From positions 124,001-188,000 of the forward strand of contig CT868034.1 of assembly GCA_000165425.1 (NCBI GenBank): 64,000 bases of DNA, written 5' to 3'. The notes under the pieces were generated by a model. That model was not told the origin of the DNA, did not search any database, and saw only the letters and a program-made list of their open reading frames with translations. Made by a program: the position numbers and the translations under genes. This DNA is from Paramecium tetraurelia (lineage: Eukaryota). Shown here piece after piece: positions 54,201 through 64,000 of the stretch; the first letter of the stretch is position 1; the number at the start of each line of letters is the position of its first letter.

Positions 54201-57200
54201 CCTACTTGTGTAGATATTACATCAGCAAATTGTAGTCTAATTACAGTTCTTAATGGTGGAGCTGAAGTCGAGGCAGCTTGCTAAGCATATAATACTGCCT
54301 GCCATATTAATGGCACTCCTGATGGATGCCAAGAATTTTAAGCAACTTGTGCAGGTTATGGAACAACATAAGCTAATTGTTCATATAGAATCGACGGTTT
54401 GAAATGCCATTGGGATGCAACTGCACCTACTCCTACTTGTGTAGATATTACATCAGCAAATTGTTATCTTATTACAGATCTTATTCATGAAGCTGCAGTT
54501 GAGGGAACTTGTTAAGTTTATAATACTGCTTGTCATATTAATGGTACTCCTAATGGATGCTAAGCATGGCATATACCTTGCACAGCATATGGAACAACAG
54601 AAGCTAATTGTACAAAAAGAACTGATGGTTTGAAATGTTATTGGGATACTACTGCTACTACTCCTACCTGCGTAGATATTACATCAGCAAATTGTAATCT
54701 TCTTACAGGTTTGTCAAGTCCAAATAACACTCATGCTAATTGTTAAGCACATAGTACTGCTTGTACTATTAATAAAGCTCTGGGTGCATGCTAAGCAGTG
54801 TAAGCAACTTGTGTAGGATATGCAACTATAGAAGTTAATTGTTCATTTAGAACAGATGGTTTGAAATGTCATTGGGATGCTACCGCTACTACTCCTACCT
54901 GTCTAGATATTACATCAGCAAATTGTAATCTTATTACAAGTCTGACAAGTCCAAATAATGTTGAAGCAACTTGTTAAGCATATAGCACTTCCTGTCATAT
55001 TAATGCTGGTGTAACTGCATGCTTTGCTTTTACCACGTGTGAAGCAATTACAGGCACAAATATCACTTGGGCTATTTGTTAAGGTTACAGTACTACTTGC
55101 AGTGTAAAGAGGGATGGAAGTGGTTGTGTAACAATCTAATCATAATGTTCAGGATACAAAACAATTGAAAATTGTTATAGATCAACTGCAGGGTATTGTA
55201 CTGCTAACAGTACTGATACTATCTGTCAACCTATAACAGAATCCACTGCCTGTGAAACAATTAAATTAGGATTAGGATTTACTTTTAGTGACGTAAAATG
55301 CAATTAACTCAGAGCTGGTTGCATAACATAAGGAACAACAGGATGTTAAACGAGGACATGTGCTAATAAAACAACACCATTTGCTCATACAGATTGTAAT
55401 GGTTGGTTGAATACTTGTACTGCAAATGCAGCTTCATCACCAACTGCATGTGTAACATTGCCAACCACATGTGCTAGTTAAACTGCAGCAGCATGCGTTT
55501 GGGCAGTTGAAGGTGAATGTGCTGTCTCAGGAACATCTTGTGTCAGAAAAACCTGTGATACTGCAACAGCAGATACAAGTTTTGATACACATGCTGAATG
55601 TATTTCATATCTATCTACTTGCACCGTTGTAAGAATTGGAGGTTGTTAAGCAAGAGCTGCTTGTTCAGCATATAAATCAAGTTAATAGTGTAAATTCAAT
55701 AAAAGTGGCGGAAAATGTTTCTGGAATCCAACTAATAAGACTTGTGTCGATTTGAATTGTGGAAATATTGAAGCCACAACTTCATATGATACTCATGCTG
55801 AATGTGTGGCAGTTGATACAAATTTACTTTGTACAGTTAGAGCTGCAAATTGGGCTGCTGTTCCTGGTTGTACTGCTAGAGGAGCATGCAGTTCTTATTC
55901 AATAGAAGATTAATGCAAAACTAATGCAAGTGCAGGCGTCTGTGTTTGGAATACAAATTTAACTACACCAGTATGCTAAGATAAATCATGCACAACTGCT
56001 CCAACTGCAACAGCAACTCATGCAGATTGTGATGCCTACTTCTCCACAGTTACTATTAAATGTACAGTAGTTGCTACACCAGATACAAATGGTGGTGCAC
56101 CAGTTCTAGGAGGATGCCAATAAACAGCGGCTTGTTCTACTTATATTCATTAAGAATAATGTGAATTCAATGCTACAGGAGATCCTTGTGGATGGAATGG
56201 TACTTAATGTGCAGATAAGTCATGTGCTACTGCTCCTGCAACTGCTGATTATGATGATAATGATAAATGTAGAGCTTACTTTAATAATAAATGTACAGTT
56301 GCATCTACAGGATAAGGATGTGTTGATATACCAGATACATGTGAAACTATGACTGAAAAATAATGTGTTACTGATAAGACTGCCAGATCATGCTATTGGA
56401 ATGGAACTGCTTGTATTACAAGATCTTGTGAAAATGCTCCAGAAGCAACATCCTCAGCCGAAGATTGTAATACTTATCTTTCAGGATGTACTTCAGATTC
56501 AGTAAAATGTAAGACTAAGGTTTGTGAAGATTTTGCTTTTGCCACTGATGCTCTATGCAAATCAGCCTTAAGCACATGTACAACAAATGGAACAAATTGT
56601 GTTACAAGAGGAACATGCTTCTAAGCTTTAAGCCAAGCAGGTTGTGTTACCTCAGTAACTAATCAATAATGCGAATGGATGCCAGTTGTTGGCACAAATC
56701 CAGCTTATTGTACAATAAAGACTTGTAATACTGCCCCAGTTACTTTAACTTCTGAAGCAGCCTGTGCAGGTTATTTCACAAATTGTACAACAAAGAATGG
56801 TGGTGGATGTGTTACTAAGTCTACTTGTGCAGCTGTTACTATTGATGCTGCTTGTACTACTGCCCTTAATGGAACTGTTTGTGCCTGGGATAGTGCATAA
56901 AGTAAATGCAGAGATAAAGATTGTTAAGATTTCAGTGGAACCACTCATGCTGCATGCCAAACCTAAAGAACTGGATGCACTGCTGGTGCCAATGGAAAAT
57001 GTGCAAGAGATTTAAAATTGTGAATAAACTACTATCAGAAGTGCTTGTATTGAAGGAACAAATGGTCCATGTTTATGGATTAATGATTATGTTAATACTG
57101 ATGGATCTAAAGGAGCCTGTTTCAGATATACATCATGCAAGAGTTTGAATTGGAATTCAGATACATCATGTAAATGGATTAGTAATTAATGTACAACTAA

Positions 57201-58434
57201 TGGATCCAATTGTGTTGGAATTACCTTATGTTCTGAAACCAATACTGATGGTGGATGTGTTACAGGATATGATGGAGCTTGTATTTAATCAGTTCCAGCC
57301 TTGAATTCTTCAGATCCAAAGGTTTGTAAACCATATACATCTTGTGCTGATGCATTCTACACAACTCATTCAGATTGTTAAATTGCTAGTAAAAAGTGTA
57401 CAACAAATGGAACAACTGGTTGCATTGCATTAGGTGCTTGTTCATCTTATACTACATAAGCAGGATGCTATTTCAATGATAAAGGAGTTGTTTTAACATC
57501 TGGAGCCATTACTTCAACTGGTATTTGCACTTGGGATACAACTGCTAGTAGTTGCAGAGATTAATCATGTGCTGATTTGACTGGAACAACTCATGCAACA
57601 TGTTCATCATAATTATCAACATGTACATCAGATGGAACTACATGTTTAATTAAAGGAGCATGTTCATCATACACTACTTAAACTGCTTGTACAACAGCTG
57701 TTGGATCTGATGGTATTTGTTATTGGGAACTTGCATCTGCTACAAATAATAACACTGCTAAATGTAGATTAATGACTTGTGCTGATATTTAAAATGGTAC
57801 ATCCACAAATGTTTGTTCAGTTGCTTTATCATCATGTGTATCAAATGGAACTGCTTGTATTTCAAAAGCTAACTGCTCAACATATACAACTAAGACAGCA
57901 TGTAATTCAGGTGGATTAGATGGTATTTGTGTATTCACTCAATCAACTGCTGCAGGAGCTGCTGCTGGTACCGGAACTTGTGCTTTAATGACAGCATGTA
58001 CAATAGCTAATAATGATTAACTTGCTTGTTAAGCTGCTAAGGATAGATGTTCATGGACTGCAGCATCAGGAACTGGAACAACAGCAGTTGCTAGTAAATG
58101 TGCCACTCACACTTGTGCTACAAACTAAGCTACTAATGGAGCTTGCACAAGATTCTTGAATTGGGATAAAAAGACTTAATAAATATGTACTCTTGTTAGT
58201 GGAACATGCACAGCAACAGACCCATCAACTTTATCATTAAATGATTGTTTCTTGGTTTCTGGATACACTTATACTTGGAATGCATCTACTAGCAAGTGCG
58301 GAGTCTGCACTGCTGTTGTTGTTTACCCAAATAATACAGATAATAATACAAACAATACAAATAATGAAACAATAACTGATTCAGGATATATTCTAGGATT
58401 ATCAGCTATCGTTTTTGGATATCTCATGTTCTGA
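51241..58434 (+). CDS. Variable surface (immobilization) antigen, A/B/G subfamily, ~2400 aa; four apparent single-base frameshifts
   Basis: N-terminus QCTCAQLLSEEDC...YCDTFAEVDCPKAKPCTDCG and C-terminus SGYTYTWNASTSKCGVC...TDSGYILGLSAIVFGYLMF resemble the 51A/156G type; 8-Cys periodicity; intronless; indels near 51568, 51661, 51840 and 57009. Confidence 0.93.
54030..55030 (+). repeat. Central tandem repeats of the surface antigen, 231-nt (77-aa, 8-Cys) unit, about 4.3 copies
   Basis: GA(T/C)GGTTTGAAATG recurs at 54162, 54393, 54624 and 54855. Confidence 0.92.
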
Positions 58435-59154
58435 TGAAATGATTTAATAAATTTATATAGGGAAAATATTATATTATATTAATTTAAAAATTTTTAATTT
58501 TGAAATGTATTTAAACCCTTAGATTGTGTATTGAAAATAAACATCTTCACATATATATTATTTTTGTTAGTTTATAAATTAAATTTAATTTGATCAATAT
58601 AATAACCTTTAGCAATAGCTTAGGTACCTTGATTAAAAGCCAAAATTTCTGCTAATTCAGTTATTAAATTGAATGGAGTTGAAAGTGGGGGGAATTTTAC
58701 TCTGAGTAATGAAATCATAGAAATTTTATAAGCGAGTTTCTTCAAACAACTAAATCGTTATTCTAATAATAGAATTGAATAATGTTTTGAAATACAATAA
58801 AAAGAAAGATTACTTTGAAAAAGTCAAAATACCATTTCTACAAAATATTAATCTAGAATAATAATCTCTTAAAATTAGATATTAATTGTAGTATAAATCA
58901 TGTTTAAATGAATAGATAAAATCTATACAATTATCTTCAAAATAGGTCTGTTAGATATTTTTTCACCAAAAGGCGTTCAACTTTAGCTTACCAAATATAA
59001 TATAATAAATTTGATTATTTTCACATATTAAACTATTTTTTAAAAATCAGAAATCTTTTAAATTAAGAATACTTCTAAATTAAAGTTTAAGAAGCTTCTA
59101 TTTTATGAAATAATTTATAAACATAAAAATAAATAGTGTAATTTTTAATGAGTT

Positions 59155-61598
59155 TCATTCTGCGTTTAATATGCTTTGAAAGAAATTTGGGTTTGATAAA
59201 TCTTATTAATTATATTTAATTATCTCTGATTTCGGATCAAGTACTTTCAACAGTTTATTCCAATTCAATAGGTTTTTCGACATTGTTTAGTAAGTTCCAA
59301 ATACATATTGACAATATCTTGCTCTAGAGAGCGCAACATTAGTTCTCTTCTTATCTGTAACAAAGCCTAACTAATCATCAGATCGTACAAGTGATAAGAT
59401 GATTATATCATTCTCCTTCCCTTAAAAGGAGTCAACTGTATCTAATTCTATCAAATCACTTAATTTTATGATTTTCTTATTGCCTCTCATATCAGTTCCT
59501 TCCTGGAATATTTCATCCTACAATTTTCGTTATAAATTTTTTTTTCTAGGCTGCATAACAACTTATAACAGTAATTGGATTCTTATGTTCTTGTATATCC
59601 AAACCCTATAATAAATATTTAACTAAATGAATAATTGCTTAGCATTCTAAATCATTCTTTCTGCTTGTTTCATCCCTACTTTCTGTGTTAGGGGGAGCAC
59701 TAAAAAATAATCTATTTTTTTTATTGGACACCTTCTATAATATCCAAAGCGGCAACTACATATTCTTAATACCATTGATGAGTTTTCCATCATAAAATAA
59801 TTATGAAGTAATTTAAGCTAAATTTTCCATTTGTCTGTATTAAGAAAACAACTAGACAGTACTTTAATTTAATCCATCAGCCAATCTCTCAAATAAAGAT
59901 CGATTATAACCATAATCTTTTGATTCTCTAGAAACAACAATTGGACTTAATTAGTTTAAGTCACCAAGCAACACTATCTTCTGAATTATTAGTGTATTTC
60001 ACCATTGGAATCAATTATGAGGGTTCCAAAGCTGTAGGTGCTTCATCAACAATACACATTCGAAAATGAACTCTTTCAAAATAAGATCTTAAACATTCCT
60101 TTGTGCAACTATTTAAAGTAGACACTATAACACGACACTAATTGTTTTATAATATATTTTACATTTTAAATCTAACTTTATTCAATACCTTCATATATCT
60201 TTTTTTCTGTTTTTAATAGTTAAGATAATTCTTCATAAAATTTACCATATGCATTTAATATTTTTGGTTTCTTACATTATCTATTTAGATCATCTATAAA
60301 ATTTAATAATGAAATCAGTGTTATTTATGTTTTATAAATTAATAAAAATTCTTTATAATCCATTAGGTTTTTAGTTTTCAACATATTCTGGATTTCTTCA
60401 GTTATATGCTTATTCTCAATCTAGCTTACTTTATTTGTAAATTATTAAAAGAATTGCTTTTGAGATAGAATTTCTAAACTATTTTCTTCAATATCTGACT
60501 CACACAAACCCGGTCTTCCAAACCGAATAACTTTTAAGAAATCTGGCTTTTAATTAAAACAATAAATAATTGAATTCTACTCTTCAATGTTTTTTTGAAT
60601 TTTTCTTACTAAATCATTTACCACACTATTTGATTTGGCTAAAACTAAAATTCCCCCTTATTTTTCATTTTCTTTATCTTTCTGCACCAGTAGGTCTGCC
60701 ATTATTGATATAATTCCTAAAATAGTTTGGGTTTTACCAGTACCTGGAGGACCCTTTATAAGAGTAAACTTAGATAGATTATTATATTTACTCTTTGATG
60801 ATAATCCAAGGCCATCTTGATGGCAAGTAATTGTTCTTCATTAAAATGTCTTTTAAATACTTCATTTTAAATATAATACTATCGTTGTTCATTTACATAT
60901 TAGGCAAATTCAGAAGTTTGTACCTGATTTAATTATTCGATCGGATTCAATATCAAATCAAAATAAGGACATTATTATAATAAAAATAGGCAATCTGTTT
61001 CTGTTTGGTAGGCGCTTAAAGGACAGAATGGTTGAAAATATATAAATGGGCTGTCTAATATGTCAACAGGGAAATATTTAAATATGTTATTTGGGACCAA
61101 AATGTGCTAATCATCATCTTTCTTTCTAAATATTGCCAAAGATGTGTAATAGTCATTTAATTAATCTAAATTCCTCATATATATTGCTCCAATGTAGGAA
61201 GACGACTCTTTGAAAATTAAGTAATCAGAATAATGTCTGTATTTCCATAATGATTTTTTAGTTATTTTAGGATCCAATTCTTCTAATTCAGATTCAATGT
61301 TAATTTTGAATGGACCATTATCCTCTAATTCACATGTAATAATTTTTAATTTTAATGGAAATGATTCTCCATCCTGTAGTCCATATAGAAAGCTCTTTTT
61401 ATCTCTAGCAATTGACCTATAGTATTCGTTTTAAAGAAGAGGGAAAAATCTTTTTTAATACTCATTTACAGATTAGAATTTTTTATATCCAGTTAAATTG
61501 CTTCGATTGCCATTGCTATTATACAGAATAGCTTTTTTAAAAGCAACATTAGAGAGTAAATGCATTGGACTTGAGTATTGGGAATAATTATTATCCAT
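59155..61598 (-). CDS. Sen1/senataxin-like (Upf1-like SF1B) helicase, core only, ~806 aa
   Basis: FQSVNEYQKRFFPLLQNE, LIKGPPGTGKT, SNSVVNDL, IVDEAP, LLGDLNQL, RSLFERL, QYRQ, TVDSFQGKE, RTNVALSRAR; one 23-nt intron near 60769-60791. Confidence 0.88.
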
Positions 61599-64000
61599 TT
61601 AAAATATAATTGATTAATATTTTTAAAATATGTAGATTAGTAAATTATTTCTGTTTTTATTAAAATATTATTTCTTACTTAGTGATAGAAACAAGATGTT
61701 ATTGATTATTTGGAAATTCAGATTATATATGCTTTAAGACAATATTAATTTTTAAAGCATATAATACTCCCAAAAACAGATGATTTTATTTGTTAATACG
61801 ATTGTAAACAAACATTTATTCAATAAGCACTTATTTTTGTATTTCAAATTTATCATTGAGTTAATATCTTCAAAAATATTTAATTTTTAAGTTAAATATG
61901 GAAAAAAAGATTTGGTATTAGAGCTCTTTCATTTTAGGAACTTTTAATTACAGTATATTCTAAACTTAAGTTTCTGTTTAAATTTAAATTATAGAAGATC
62001 TTCTATTGAAAAGGAAAGTCTAAAGTAAAACTTTCGCATTATATAAATCCTCAATTAAATAGCGATAAATTATCAAAGATTTATTTTAACTTTGAACAAG
62101 TGTAGCAGATAATGTTAGCAAATTCACTAAGGGCAATGTAATTATAATGGCTCAAATTTAATCAAAGTTAACTATGGGATGGGAATATTTTTTAATCATA
62201 ATTATTTAGGAAAAGATGGGTTTTTTAAATAAGGTAAGGGGGAAAATTTTTGAAAGGAATTTATTATAAAAATGATTAAATGTTAGCTTTCCAGCAATTC
62301 TTAATTTGATAGATTATTTAATCAAGTTACATTTTGTGGATTATTTTGTTAAGGTTAATAGTTGAGTTTAATCTATTGAGGATAATTCTCATCTGTGAAT
62401 ATTTTGAAACTTACACTCTAAAACTGGGTATTATATTCAAATTGATTGCTCTGATATGGCAAAATAAAAATTTAGCTTAAGCAAAATGATATGATAAATC
62501 ATGCACTTATGTTTTGGTATAACAAGAATGGTTTTATTTGAAAAGAGAAAAATATCCTGAAATATTAATGGAACGAATTATCAATAATACATTAATAAGT
62601 ATTTTCAGAAGATTAAATTAACATGTGAACTAACAATCATCCTCTTCTATGAAAAAAACTTCAAATCTTAGTTAAAGTCTTAATTAAGATTTTCTTTTCT
62701 TCAATATCAAATTCTTCTCTTTTGTAATAACATTATTATAGAGTTCAATAAGACTATACTCTTTATTAATAGATTAAAGAGTAAATAAAATAGGATAAAA
62801 AACTTTCTTGATGAATTATTAATATAGATTTACTTTTATATATTATTTTTAATTTTTATGCTAAGACTGTAGGTTTATAATTTTTTTAAATTAATTTTTC
62901 ATTTTTTACTGAGATTTATACTTCCTATTGAACCGAAGAGTAAATAAGTAATTTATCTTCAGCTTTATTTTATAGAGCCTATTTTATGGTTGAGTTTCAG
63001 AAAAAAAGTAAGGATTATTTTAGTTCTAATGAAGTTGAATTATACATGATTACCTACTAGTAAATGTAATGTTAACTATGTAATTATGGATATAAATAAT
63101 ATAAGTGATGAAAACAATTAATTCATAATTTGTTTTTCGATACCTAAAACTTTAAGTAAATTTACTGAATATTAGATAAAATTCTTTTTAAATAGGTTAC
63201 TTTAAGCATTAAATAAATATTTACTAATTTTCATGGTTTTATATTGAACTTTTTTTAATTTGTTATTTATAAATTCTGTAAATAATCAACAATATTTTAA
63301 ATATATATTTATTTTTATAATGTGGTTATAAAGTAATTAATATCATTTTAGTATATTATTTTTAATCAAATATAGATTAAAGAATGCAATAAATAATATT
63401 TGAGAGAAAAATAATTCCGCGGTATAGCCATTTATATTCGCAACCATCTAAAAAGAATAATGTTAAAACGAGGCAAAATATTTTTTGAATAGTTGAGCAA
63501 TCTTTGAAAATAAAAATGAGAATTATATTGTAAATACCCTTAAAATTTATTTGCATAAAGTTGTGCACACATAAAAAATCAGATAAGCAATTCTTTCAAG
63601 TGATAATTGATTTAATGCCAAATGTTATATTATCAATATTTATGAAATTAATTGCTATTTTAAGAATATTCTAGAAATTGTAAATTTTAAAGTTGCTCTA
63701 AGATTAGATAAATAAATGTATTGTATCTTGAATAACTTCGATCAGATTGAAATCTTGACTGAAAGAGAGCATTAGGATCAAATTTAAATTATTGTTGTAT
63801 TATATATATTAAAAATGTTGATACCCATTTCATTAGAAGTTAACCATAAAAGCATATTAAAAATTTCTATGCTATTAAATTCGCTTATTTATATTGTTTT
63901 GTTTTTATAGAACATTAATATAAATCAGACGAAAACGTGACTTTATCAAAGTACATATGTGAACTTGAAATCTTCAGAATGATGTTTAGGTAGTTGATGT

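Noticed and set aside
54030..55030. CRISPR-like repeat-spacer array
   Set aside because: Eukaryotic in-frame coding repeats of 231 nt within a surface antigen
61600..64000. Genes or telomeric repeats at the right end
   Set aside because: Only broken coding-like patches; no TT(T/G)GGG arrays seen

Overview
AT-rich eukaryotic DNA from a Paramecium (probably aurelia-complex) macronuclear scaffold. Genes read through TAA/TAG as Gln (ciliate code, table 6), stop only at TGA, and carry tiny 20-30 nt GT..AG introns, so the supplied standard-code ORF track is mostly fragments or artefacts. The left ~25 kb is compact housekeeping DNA: tRNA-Val(AAC), a tandem-PX protein, MTR4, ERV1, coiled-coil genes, UBE2W, a WD40 protein, a PHD-PINIT-SP-RING SUMO ligase, a PAF-acetylhydrolase-like lipase and an ATG11/FIP200-like scaffold. 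The centre holds the most unusual element: three paralogous genes built from tandem, diverged SP-RING (MIZ)-like zinc fingers. Copies A and B have 7 fingers and copy C has 4; A is inverted relative to B and C, and the three are sequence mosaics of one another. An AGC kinase, a 3R-Myb, a cyclin and a near-identical gene-sized duplicate of the lipase lie between them. The right end has a mini-antigen, an antigen relic, a 7.2 kb A/G-type surface antigen with four 231-nt central repeats, and a Sen1-like helicase. One N-gap and scattered single-base indels (one in MTR4) indicate an imperfect assembly. All family calls come from manual translation and motif recognition; no database search was run.
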